This document shows positions 18,789 through 28,122 of a stretch of 44,961 nt of DNA, piece after piece (positions within the stretch are counted from its first letter, which is position 1; each line of letters starts with the position of its first letter). The notes under the pieces were generated by a model. It was not told the origin of the DNA and searched no databases. It saw nothing but the letters and a program-made list of their open reading frames with translations. The DNA comes from Candidatus Thorarchaeota archaeon (lineage in GTDB: Archaea; Asgardarchaeota; Thorarchaeia; Thorarchaeales; Thorarchaeaceae), in contig JBHLQM010000023.1 of NCBI GenBank assembly GCA_048884785.1, positions 1-44,961 of the forward strand, read 5' to 3'. The position numbers and the translations under genes were made by a program.

Positions 18789-20378
18789 ATGATGTCCAAA
18801 ATAATAGATACACGCATTGCTGCTGTTACCGTATTCAGGGATGGAGCTCGAATTACAAGAGTTGGAAAGACTAAGGTTTCAGCTGGAGATCAAACGGTTA
18901 TTGTCGAAGGAATTACGATGTACGCTCAGCAAGATAGTTTCAGAGTCAAGGGAAAAGGTGCTGCCTCGCTAAAAGGAATTGATGTACGGCAGGTGACGCA
19001 GACCTTTGAACCAGAGGGCGACTTGAGAGAAATGCGAGAGCAACTAAAGGAACTTGAGAAAGAGAGGGAAGTCTTGGCTTCTGTAATGAATACGCAGCAA
19101 TCCAGGGCACAGCAGTATGAGGCCGTTATGAGCCAGTTCTCGAATGAATTTGGGAAATGGTTTGCAGTGGGAGAGAGCTCACTGGAAAAGCTCATGGATA
19201 TTGAAAAGGTTGTTACAAAGCAGGTAGCAGATGCCAAGAAGAAATTTCGTGACGTGCAGATAGAACTTGATGAACTGAATGCACGAATTCAATCGTTAAC
19301 CAACAATATCAACCGAGTGCAAGGTCAAAGAAGAACAGAAACACATTACATGGTTCATGTTCTGCTCAGTGTCCGTGATGCCACAGAGATTGAACTTGAG
19401 GTCACATATCAGATTGCTTACGCAGGTTGGCATCCTGTTTATGATGTGGATCTCATGAAAGACAAGTCTTCACTGAAACGTATTGCAATGGTAAGAAACA
19501 ATTCGCTAGAAGATTGGGATGATGTAAGCTTGACCGTTTCAACTGCATCCGCCAAGCCTGTAAAAGCAGTTGATGCAACTCCCTACTATATTGATACTTT
19601 CACTCCGTCAATTGGTCGACTAGCATCATCATCAACTGGCTATGCCGATGACTACGGGGCCGCTCCAGCAGAGTTGGCGATGGATAAGGAATACGAAGAA
19701 GTCTTCGAACCTGAGCCAATTCCAGATTTGAAACAGACATACGCGGATGTATCTGAAACTATCAGTGGAATTGTCGTCTATGATGTTCCGGGGAGAGTCA
19801 CCATTGCTTCTGATGAGGATCCACATCCGGTGACACTCTTGCTGGAGGAATTCGAATCACGTCAATTACATTTCTGGAATGCATACGCGATGCCAGAGGT
19901 TGTTGCGCAAGATGAAATAACCAATGGAAACTCAGTTCTCCTCCCAGGAAATGTAAAAGTATACTCAGAAGGCGATTTCATAGGGGAGACCTCAATCGCA
20001 ATTATTTCGCCTCGGGAGAAATTCAGACTTGGGACAAGAACCGCATATGATGTCAAGGCTGAGAAGAAACTTGTTACCAAAGAAACAGACAAGGCTGGAT
20101 TCACAAAAGGGAAGACTAGGAGGGGATATCGGTACATGCTGAAGCTGGAGAGTTTCTCAAAGGATCCAATTGAGATTAGAGTTGTTGATAGGATTCCCCA
20201 TAGTACTTCAGAGAGGATTATCATCGAGATGAAAGAGCCCTCACATGTTCCTTCAAAAAGCGAACTTGGAGTCTTAGAATGGGAACTATCTCTGGAACCT
20301 AATTCCAAGGCTGAAATCACTTATGAATTCGATGCGGAATGGGAAAAGGAGATTAGCATCACACCACCTCTCCCATAA
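18789..20378 (+). CDS. DUF4140/DUF4139 (MuiA-like) protein, copy 2
   Basis: Paralogue of copy 1. GGAGGTGA at 18780-18787 places the start at ATG 18789 or 18792, not 18741. Confidence 0.9.
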   Translation: MMSKIIDTRIAAVTVFRDGARITRVGKTKVSAGDQTVIVEGITMYAQQDSFRVKGKGAASLKGIDVRQVTQTFEPEGDLREMREQLKELEKEREVLASVMNTQQSRAQQYEAVMSQFSNEFGKWFAVGESSLEKLMDIEKVVTKQVADAKKKFRDVQIELDELNARIQSLTNNINRVQGQRRTETHYMVHVLLSVRDATEIELEVTYQIAYAGWHPVYDVDLMKDKSSLKRIAMVRNNSLEDWDDVSLTVSTASAKPVKAVDATPYYIDTFTPSIGRLASSSTGYADDYGAAPAELAMDKEYEEVFEPEPIPDLKQTYADVSETISGIVVYDVPGRVTIASDEDPHPVTLLLEEFESRQLHFWNAYAMPEVVAQDEITNGNSVLLPGNVKVYSEGDFIGETSIAIISPREKFRLGTRTAYDVKAEKKLVTKETDKAGFTKGKTRRGYRYMLKLESFSKDPIEIRVVDRIPHSTSERIIIEMKEPSHVPSKSELGVLEWELSLEPNSKAEITYEFDAEWEKEISITPPLP

Positions 20379-20381
20379 AAT

Positions 20382-20415
20382 GATGCGGCTATTTGCCGCA
20401 TCGACCACATTTTTT
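20382..20415. terminator. Hairpin plus T-run between convergent genes
   Basis: GATGCGGC-tattt-GCCGCATC followed shortly by T6. Confidence 0.55.
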
Positions 20416-20432
20416 CATTTGATATTCCATGA

Positions 20433-21776
20433 CTACCATAAGCTCATTTCTTCGATGACGGTGGCAATTCGATGCATGGCTAGTCTATAGTTGTCAATTA
20501 CAATGCTTTCATTTGGAGAATGCGCACGCGATGCGAAATCCCCACAACCAATTGAAACCATGGGCACGTGCTCCACGAAGAGGTATAATGGACCTGAACC
20601 AGGATTCGTTGGATGAATAACCAGTTCCTGACCAAAAACTAGCTGGTTTGCTCGATTAACAATTCCGATGAATGGATGGTCAATGGGGGTCTTCGCAGCT
20701 GGATATCCATCAGACCATGCTATTTTGATGTCTGTAAAGCCATGTTTGTCAAGATGGGACCGGAGCTTGTTGAGAATGTCTTGAGGATCCATTGACGCCA
20801 CCAATCTGAAATCAACCTTCGCGAAGGCCTTTGCAGGCAAAACGGTCTTTGAACCCATACCCTGCCATCCAGCACCAATTCCTGCAATATTGCAGGTTGG
20901 AGCGTTATAGTAAGCCTCCTTGAGTCGACTTCCCGACAGGTTGTTGAGGTAGGTCGCAACCCCATAATGACTCTTGGTCAGTTCTTCATGCATATCGATT
21001 TTGGAGATTGCCTGCAATTCTGAATCTGTAAGATTCATCTGGTCATCATAGAACCCATCAATCAGGATTCTGCCATTAGCATCTTTGAGTGAATTCAGAG
21101 CCCAGACAAGACGGTAGGAAGCCGACGGCAAGAAACATGCATAGGCTGAATGTGCGTCCATCTTCAATTTCTCTACTTCAAGCTGAACATATAGTAGACC
21201 CTTGAGGCCCAACCATGCCTCTTGTCTTCCATCAATCCCAGCCCCGCCGAACTCCCATATCCCACCGTCGGCTTTCATGAAGTCCTTGTTCTTCTTCGTG
21301 AACTCAGGCATTCTAGGACTTCCGATTTCTTCTTCTCCTTCCACTATGAATTTGATATTTACAGGGAGAGGTGTGCCTGTGTCCATGAAAGCTTTGAGTA
21401 CCCAGATTCGAGACACAGTGTCCCCCTTATTGTCCGCCACGCCTCTGGCATAGAGTCTTCCATCTCGCTGTGATGGCTCGAATGGAGGCGAATCCCATAG
21501 TTCAAATGGTTCAGCTGGCTGAACATCATAATGGTCATAGAACATCAAAGTCCTTTTTGCACCCATGTCCAGATGACCTGTCACAACAGGCTGACCAGAA
21601 GTTGGGTGAAGAACTGTTTCAAAACCAACTTTTTCGAGTTTGTCGGCAACCCATTTTGCTGCCTCGTCCATGTGCTCGCCCTTCGCTGCAACAGATGGTA
21701 TCCGGAGTATTTCATATAGGTCTGCAAGAGACCTCTCCAAATTCCGGTCTAAGTAGTTATTGACTTCTTCTAGCAA
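20433..21776 (-). CDS. M20 family metallopeptidase (dipeptidase/ArgE-DapE-like)
   Basis: HYDVQP, ARGVADNKG, EGEEEIGS, AHSPNE; GGTGA upstream of TTG. Confidence 0.93.
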   Translation of the reverse strand: MLEEVNNYLDRNLERSLADLYEILRIPSVAAKGEHMDEAAKWVADKLEKVGFETVLHPTSGQPVVTGHLDMGAKRTLMFYDHYDVQPAEPFELWDSPPFEPSQRDGRLYARGVADNKGDTVSRIWVLKAFMDTGTPLPVNIKFIVEGEEEIGSPRMPEFTKKNKDFMKADGGIWEFGGAGIDGRQEAWLGLKGLLYVQLEVEKLKMDAHSAYACFLPSASYRLVWALNSLKDANGRILIDGFYDDQMNLTDSELQAISKIDMHEELTKSHYGVATYLNNLSGSRLKEAYYNAPTCNIAGIGAGWQGMGSKTVLPAKAFAKVDFRLVASMDPQDILNKLRSHLDKHGFTDIKIAWSDGYPAAKTPIDHPFIGIVNRANQLVFGQELVIHPTNPGSGPLYLFVEHVPMVSIGCGDFASRAHSPNESIVIDNYRLAMHRIATVIEEMSLW

Positions 21777-21950
21777 TTAGCTCACCAAATTTCTCCAGCT
21801 TGACACTTCTGCAGCTGATTATACTGATATTTCTTGAGGAACAAGAAATAGGAAGGAAGACAAGGTAATGAGATAGTTGATATTCGTCCATAAAACATAT
21901 AGCGAAGGGACTTAGCAAATCAACTTGGGAATCTAATCTCGAGGTGCTTA

Positions 21951-22955
21951 GTGATGACAGTTCGTGTTGGTATCAACGGATTTGGTAGAATTGGAAGAAT
22001 TTTCCTTCGAGCAGCTCTCAAAAAGAGTGCCTACGAAGTGGTTGCAGTCAATGACTTAAGTGATGCAGAGACCTTGGCGCATCTTCTCAAGCATGACACA
22101 GTTATGGGTCCCTTTCAGGGGAAAGTTGAGGTTCATGGCGATGGCTTCAATGTCAATGGCAAGGAAGTGAAGGTTCTTTCCCAGAAGGATCCTGCGAGTC
22201 TTCCTTGGAAATCTCTTGGTGTGGATATTGTGATAGAGTCAACAGGACTCTTTAGAAGTAGCTCTGAATGTGAAAAACATATCCAGGCAGGCGCAAAAAA
22301 GGTGATTCTTAGTGCGCCAGGAAAGGGGGATATGAGGACTATCGTACTTGGTGTCAATGAGAAAGATTACATTCCTAGTACTGATCATATAATCTCCAAT
22401 GCATCATGTACAACTAACTGCCTAGCTCCAATGGTCAAAGTCCTTGATGAAAACTTCGACATTGAGTCAGGTCTAATGACAACCATTCATGCCGTGACAA
22501 ATGACCAGAGAATTCTCGATATGCAGCACAAGGATATCAGACGAGCAAGAGCAGCAACATGGAATCTTGTGCCAACCACCACAGGAGCTGCAAGCGCCAT
22601 TGGATTGGTGTATCCAAAAGCAGCAGGCAAACTGAATGGAATTGCAATCAGAGTTCCAGTCATGGATGTTTCTATTGTTGACCTTGTGGTGAATCTTGAG
22701 AAAAGTCCATCAACAGATGAAGTAAACTCAGCCTTCAAGAAAGCCTCAAAAGGCTCTCTGAAGGGATATCTAAAGTATACTGATGAACCACTTGTTTCCT
22801 CGGATTACATTGGTGATCCGCATTCATGTATCTTTGATTCTCTCCTAACAGATACGCAAGGCAGAATGGCAAAAGTTCTTGGATGGTATGATAACGAGGC
22901 GGGTTATTCTGAGAGGATGGCTGATCTGGCAGATATGATTGCCAAGAAGCTATAA
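21951..22955 (+). CDS. gap: Type I (bacterial/eukaryotic class) glyceraldehyde-3-phosphate dehydrogenase
   Basis: GINGFGRIGR, active-site ASCTTNCLAP, TTIHA, TTGAA, WYDNE; GAGGTG SD. Confidence 0.96.
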   Translation: MMTVRVGINGFGRIGRIFLRAALKKSAYEVVAVNDLSDAETLAHLLKHDTVMGPFQGKVEVHGDGFNVNGKEVKVLSQKDPASLPWKSLGVDIVIESTGLFRSSSECEKHIQAGAKKVILSAPGKGDMRTIVLGVNEKDYIPSTDHIISNASCTTNCLAPMVKVLDENFDIESGLMTTIHAVTNDQRILDMQHKDIRRARAATWNLVPTTTGAASAIGLVYPKAAGKLNGIAIRVPVMDVSIVDLVVNLEKSPSTDEVNSAFKKASKGSLKGYLKYTDEPLVSSDYIGDPHSCIFDSLLTDTQGRMAKVLGWYDNEAGYSERMADLADMIAKKL

Positions 22956-23026
22956 TCATACTCTTGGTGGGTGTCAATTGCACATCCACCATAATCCTTT
23001 TTCATGTTGAGCGGTTTCAGGTTGTT

Positions 23027-24034
23027 ATGACTGAGCCAATATGTCGCATCGATGTTGACAAAGGTCTGCTTCTCTTTCGAGGAATTGATGCAACCAGACT
23101 TGCGGCAAATAATTCCTTTGTAGAGGTTTTGGATCTCATAGTCACTGGAGTCTTTCCGAATTCTACAAGAGTATTGGAAATCACAAAGAAAATGGCTGCA
23201 TTTACAGATATGGCACAAAATCTCCTGCAAGGGCTATTTGACGAGAAACCTAAGGAATGCGAAGAGCCCTTGAGCTCCTTCCTAGAAAGAATGCCTGAGA
23301 TTGCCAAAGAATTGAATCTCTCTCTGTTTGATTCTCTTCTTATGTTCGTCACCTATATCCCAATCATTCTTACCCGGAGCTGGAGGCTAATGCAGGAAAG
23401 AGAGCCATTATTACCCGACTCTGGGATCTCACATCCATCAAACATACTTCAGATGTTGGACGCCACGAATGATATTGAAGACTTTGAGTGTTGCTTGATA
23501 CTCCATATGGATGACCCAAACAACCCATCGCTGACGACGCTGGAAAATGAACTTGCAAAAGGTGTCAATCCCTTCAAAGCATTGCAATCAACTCTCTCTG
23601 TGCACGTCGATACACTGCACCATGGAGCAGGAACTCAGGCAATGAGGATGATAAACGAGCTTAGGAATGAGAAAGACATCAGGGCTGCGTTGAACACTAT
23701 TCTTTCTGAAGGAGGGAAAATTTATGGTCTTGGTCATAGAATCTATCGTACCATTGATCCTCGAGCAGCTATACTATCAAATATGCTTAGGCGAAGAAGC
23801 CAAGGAACCGATCTGCAGTGGCTCCATAATACAATTGAAGAGGTTGTAAGAGAAGGTACCTCTCTGCTTATTGAGAAAAAAAGCAAGATAGTATATCCGA
23901 ACGTCGACCTCTATAATGCAGCCGTTTACTCTACTTTTGGTATTGACGCTGAGTTCAATACATACCTATTTGCTATTGCCAGATCTGCTGGATGGATGGC
24001 GCACATTATAGAACATCTAGAGCCCCCAATTTGA
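23027..24034 (+). CDS. Divergent citrate synthase / 2-methylcitrate synthase family protein
   Basis: GLLLFRG, LHHGAG, GLGHRIY..IDPR, YPNVD, FAIARSAGWMAH. ATG 23027 preferred. Confidence 0.85.
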   Translation: MTEPICRIDVDKGLLLFRGIDATRLAANNSFVEVLDLIVTGVFPNSTRVLEITKKMAAFTDMAQNLLQGLFDEKPKECEEPLSSFLERMPEIAKELNLSLFDSLLMFVTYIPIILTRSWRLMQEREPLLPDSGISHPSNILQMLDATNDIEDFECCLILHMDDPNNPSLTTLENELAKGVNPFKALQSTLSVHVDTLHHGAGTQAMRMINELRNEKDIRAALNTILSEGGKIYGLGHRIYRTIDPRAAILSNMLRRRSQGTDLQWLHNTIEEVVREGTSLLIEKKSKIVYPNVDLYNAAVYSTFGIDAEFNTYLFAIARSAGWMAHIIEHLEPPI

Positions 24035-24916
24035 AATCGCTTCCACTGCATTATCTCTCTCCTTGGGATTCAGTATATGTATCGGCGGTCTACAGTCGCC
24101 TCCTGCGAGCCCAAGATGATCTAGTGCAGCTTTTACCATTGGGACATTATTGGCTTTCTCTCGGCCATCTCGAAGATCCTCAAAGGGAGTAATCATTTTT
24201 TGGACCCTCATCGCCTCATTATAATCACCTCTGGCGAGAGAATCATACATCATCTGAGAAATCTTGGGGGCGAAATTTCCCAAGCCGCTCGTGAAACCCT
24301 GAGCTCCAGCAAGCCAAAAGAATGGAACATATCTCTCAGCCGTGCCACACGACCAGACTATTCCTTTTCCGAGCCTGTTCACAGTTCGAGAGAAATCAAC
24401 AATGCTGCCAAACGCATATTTTACTGCAACTAGGTTTGAGAAATCCAAGAGCTTTTCGAGAACCCCATCGGTTAGCAATCCGCCCTTCTTGTATAGAACG
24501 ACTCCAATCCCTTTTGCTGCTTCTAGTATCCTACGATAATATGCTAGCAGACCCTCCTCAGATACGAACACATGCTGAGGATACATGACCATGATGCCAT
24601 CAACCCCAGTTTCCTTGATGTGATGAATCTGATCTTCAGCAATTGGCAGGGAGTGGCCAACGCCAGCAAGAACAGTCATGGAGCTCTTGACTGCGTCTTT
24701 GGTTGTTGTGACAACGTCCTTCCATTCCGAGTAGCTCAGCGAATAGAACTCGCCTGTGTTTCCGCAAGGGACTATTAGCCTAACACCCTCTTTTTTCAGG
24801 TAACTGATGTTGGTCTCTATTCCCTGTTTATCAACTTGGGTCAACTCCTTCTTGAAGGGTGTTACTGTTGTTACCGCAATTCCTCGCAATGATTCCTTGA
24901 GTTTTGAAATATCCAT
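24017..24916 (-). CDS. Dihydrodipicolinate synthase / N-acetylneuraminate lyase family aldolase or dehydratase
   Basis: VTPF, GNTGEF, LY, Schiff-base lysine in AVKYA. Confidence 0.9.
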   Translation of the reverse strand: MDISKLKESLRGIAVTTVTPFKKELTQVDKQGIETNISYLKKEGVRLIVPCGNTGEFYSLSYSEWKDVVTTTKDAVKSSMTVLAGVGHSLPIAEDQIHHIKETGVDGIMVMYPQHVFVSEEGLLAYYRRILEAAKGIGVVLYKKGGLLTDGVLEKLLDFSNLVAVKYAFGSIVDFSRTVNRLGKGIVWSCGTAERYVPFFWLAGAQGFTSGLGNFAPKISQMMYDSLARGDYNEAMRVQKMITPFEDLRDGREKANNVPMVKAALDHLGLAGGDCRPPIHILNPKERDNAVEAISNWGL

Positions 24917-24988
24917 AAGAGAACCGCCCTTGCTTTCTCGTTAAGATGCCTACGTTCAATCCATCTGATATATGCAACTGTAGCCACA

Positions 24989-25834
24989 TTAGGGAAAAGA
25001 AGCAACTACTGCTTGCTTGTCCGAATGTGATAGTCCAAAGTCGACATCTATTTGTCTAAAAGGATTGGAACACGGGTTTTTTCGTGTGACATGGAATTTT
25101 ATGTCAAGTGCATCGATCGCGGGTTGGAATACCTCGATGATATAGCTGTACGATGTCTCTCCAAGGAATGAACCACTCTTCACAGGTGCATCACGATGCC
25201 TGCATATTGAATCGAATCCACGACTTGGACTGTGCGTGCTAACAATAGAAATGAAGTCCTGCAAAGCCTTTGCTCCGGCAACCATCTTTGATGCCTGTTG
25301 TCGTCTGTGTTGACTATCCGCCAACGGACCTGCAGCTTCTCTTTCTTGATCTGAGGCACCAAGAATAGCTTCAGAAGTCGCAAGTTTGAGGTGATGATTT
25401 GCACGCACGATATAATTCTCATCAATCTCCAGATAGAAATCGTCATCTCCGATTTCAATTACGCCCACTTCATTTAGTGAGCCAATTAGAATATTACACC
25501 ATTGGAAGCGCTTTCCGGACTCAAGCTCCTGTCCAACAATTTCAGTACCCTGCTCAATCGTGTCAGCTTCTCTTAGTAATTGCTCCAAAAGAATATCATA
25601 GGGAGAGTTGTTGTTCACAAGCACTGTAGAACTACAAACCGAAAGCCCGGAATTATTGATTCCTATTGATACACCTGAAGCAGAACCAGAAGAAATGTCA
25701 ACCCCTTGAACTGCAAAAATACGATCATCAAAGATAAGGTGACTCCTAAAGTCCTCATAGACTAAGTCGCGATTCTTAAACATGAAAAAGTGAGATGGGA
25801 GTTTCTTTGCGCCTAATGTACATCCAGACGACAT
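24989..25834 (-). CDS. Ntn-hydrolase (C45/acyltransferase-like) protein
   Basis: MSSG-CT nucleophile Cys, KNRD, GINNSGL, RANH, ICRH, NPC. ATG 25834 preferred. Confidence 0.75.
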   Translation of the reverse strand: MSSGCTLGAKKLPSHFFMFKNRDLVYEDFRSHLIFDDRIFAVQGVDISSGSASGVSIGINNSGLSVCSSTVLVNNNSPYDILLEQLLREADTIEQGTEIVGQELESGKRFQWCNILIGSLNEVGVIEIGDDDFYLEIDENYIVRANHHLKLATSEAILGASDQEREAAGPLADSQHRRQQASKMVAGAKALQDFISIVSTHSPSRGFDSICRHRDAPVKSGSFLGETSYSYIIEVFQPAIDALDIKFHVTRKNPCSNPFRQIDVDFGLSHSDKQAVVASFP

Positions 25835-25979
25835 AGCAAGTACTAGCAAGTCGCAACTAATCAAGATAGTGGATGGTATTATGCAGAAGGTTTTTCCGAT
25901 TATATGTTGAAATCAGAATTGAAGAGGCTCTTGGGGAGAAATCCAATATGGCTGCAATTAATGTAGGAGTGTAAAATAA

Positions 25980-26363
25980 GTGAGTTCACCACCATCTCGT
26001 GCATCTGGTATTTTTGTTGTAAGCGCAACATGTGTAATTATGATATTCATTCTACTCTCCTTCCCATTCATTCTCTTCGGGCCTTTTGTATTGGTGCCTG
26101 CGTTAGTCGCTATTCTTCTACTTCTTTTTCTTAGATTCGGAGGTATATATGATGCCACTGGTGAACCTCTTCACATTGAAAAAGCCGAAGAACAAAGACA
26201 AACAGATGAGCTAGATATCGTAATCGATGGCACTGATTCGCATTCGTACAAACCAAGGTGCCCTCATTGCGGATACAACCCTGTGAGTTCTGAGGTTAAG
26301 TGGCTAGAATCAAACACTTGGCTATGCCCTAATTGCGAATCCATTGTTGAGGTAAATGAATGA
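25980..26363 (+). CDS. Membrane-anchored zinc-ribbon protein, copy 1
   Basis: Two TM segments, then CPHCG...VKW...CPNCES; GGAG upstream. Confidence 0.75.
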   Translation: MSSPPSRASGIFVVSATCVIMIFILLSFPFILFGPFVLVPALVAILLLLFLRFGGIYDATGEPLHIEKAEEQRQTDELDIVIDGTDSHSYKPRCPHCGYNPVSSEVKWLESNTWLCPNCESIVEVNE

Positions 26364-26369
26364 CAGGGA

Positions 26370-26768
26370 TTGGAGAAGATGACCAAAGAAAATGACAGAT
26401 CCAATGAAAACCTGCCATATGTCATAATTATTCTTCTAGTGGCCATTATCTTGGCGCAATTTTCTCCGGGTTTATCTTTTGCATTTCTTCTATTCCTCTT
26501 TATCATGTTCATTTGTGCTCAAAGCATATGCAATCAAACAGGGAAAAGAAGGGAGATCCTCGAACAAGCAGTAATGATTGCGGAATCGTACGATCAAGAA
26601 GAATCCGTCTTAGATGAGTTGGTTGATGATGATTTGGATGAATATACATTTCCAGCTCAATGTCCCCAGTGTGGAGAAAAAATCAGGCTTGATTTGGTGA
26701 AATGGGTGAGTAAGAATACGGCGATATGTCCAAATTGTGAATCATTAATTACTGCGGGTCAAAGATGA
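26370..26768 (+). CDS. Membrane-anchored zinc-ribbon protein, copy 2
   Basis: Two TM segments, acidic linker, CPQCG...VKW...CPNCES. Confidence 0.78.
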   Translation: MEKMTKENDRSNENLPYVIIILLVAIILAQFSPGLSFAFLLFLFIMFICAQSICNQTGKRREILEQAVMIAESYDQEESVLDELVDDDLDEYTFPAQCPQCGEKIRLDLVKWVSKNTAICPNCESLITAGQR

Positions 26769-26805
26769 CGCATTCATTTTAGTTGTTCTTCACAACAGCA
26801 ACAGA

Positions 26806-27999
26806 TTAGATGAGTGAGTCGAGAGTTTCGTCGTGCTTCATTGAACGAGCCAGTGGCACAAGGGAAATTGCGATGATTATCGCTAAAAGATTAAAGACCA
26901 ATACAATCCAAGCTATGGGCTGAACTTTGAAGAAAATAAAATCAGCGAATAGACCTCCAATGAGTGGTCCAATCGCCGCACCCGCATTCTGACTTCCATT
27001 TACCAATCCCAAAGCACTGCCCCGCTCTTTATCACCTGAGAGTAATGCAGCAAAGGAGTATGCGGCTGTATTCGACAACGGGTATATAGGTAGCGCATAT
27101 AGCAGCGACGCCGTGATAGGGTCACCTGCGAAGGCAAATCCTATGGCAAAAAGCGCATATGACAGATATGCAGCTACAAGAGCACCTGACGGGCCCTTTC
27201 TATCAATTGTCCTACCGATATAACCTGTGATGAAAACGGCGATGAGAGTGGCAGATGAGTTTGCCAGACCAACGTAGGATGGCAAGCCACCTAACTCGTC
27301 GACGATCATGATTGCCATTAATGATGTGATTGAGTTAATCCCAAGCGAACTGAGGCCTGCAGCCAGTATTAAACGACTCATTCCTGGTCTGCGTAGCAAA
27401 TCAAGAGCTGGAACTCTCTCAATAAGACCAGAGGGATCAAATTCCACATCCTTTACGACTACTATGCAGACTAATGTGGCAGTAATACATGAAATTGCCG
27501 CAAGTCTATACAGTTGATACATGCCAACTATGTCGTAAAGCAGACCGCTACTAAAGGCACCAATAAACCATCCCGCAGACTGAGCGACCAGAAGAAATCC
27601 AAGACGCTCACCTTTCTTTGCTGTTGCAGTTGTAGCCAAGGCCTGTCCAGCGGGGATGGCAGCAGAAGAGAACATCGCCCCAATAATTGCGATTACTAGA
27701 AACTGAAGGCCATTGGCGACAAAAGAGAGCATTAAGAATGTAAAGGAGTATCCAATGAAACCGATGGTCATAAACGGCTTACGTCGCCCTTTCTTGTCAG
27801 AAAACGTCCCCCACAGGCTAACACCAAACATCACCACAAAAGTTGGCATTGTCCATATTATTGTTAGAACTACGTAGCTGACAACACCCAATTCATCCTT
27901 CAGAAAATAGGTTCCAAATTGCCATGCGATGGCCTGTCCCATGGATTGCAGGGCGAATGTAAGGTAGATTGCGAGGATATTCCTGCCAGATATGCTCAT
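26806..27999 (-). CDS. MFS transporter (12 TM)
   Basis: WGTFSDKKGRRK and GRTIDRKG motif-A repeats; GPLIGG. Confidence 0.9.
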   Translation of the reverse strand: MSISGRNILAIYLTFALQSMGQAIAWQFGTYFLKDELGVVSYVVLTIIWTMPTFVVMFGVSLWGTFSDKKGRRKPFMTIGFIGYSFTFLMLSFVANGLQFLVIAIIGAMFSSAAIPAGQALATTATAKKGERLGFLLVAQSAGWFIGAFSSGLLYDIVGMYQLYRLAAISCITATLVCIVVVKDVEFDPSGLIERVPALDLLRRPGMSRLILAAGLSSLGINSITSLMAIMIVDELGGLPSYVGLANSSATLIAVFITGYIGRTIDRKGPSGALVAAYLSYALFAIGFAFAGDPITASLLYALPIYPLSNTAAYSFAALLSGDKERGSALGLVNGSQNAGAAIGPLIGGLFADFIFFKVQPIAWIVLVFNLLAIIIAISLVPLARSMKHDETLDSLI

Positions 28000-28091
28000 C
28001 AGGATATAGCTCCACTTCTTCGCGCCAAAATTCCTTTTGGATTTAACACTGCTGGTGTTTCTTTCAGTGCACTATCTGCGTAATCAATAGA

Positions 28092-28099
28092 TTATAATT
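28092..28099 (+). promoter_or_regulatory. Candidate TATA box (leaderless transcript)
   Basis: TTATAATT ends 24 nt before ATG 28123; no SD sequence. Confidence 0.4.
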
Positions 28100-28122
28100 G
28101 TAAAAGCATCTCTCTTTTTCCT

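Noticed and set aside
19862-20320. Long antisense ORFs (152 aa here; also 5164-5535 and 43419-43784)
   Set aside because: They lie entirely opposite well-supported genes and are typical codon-bias shadows.
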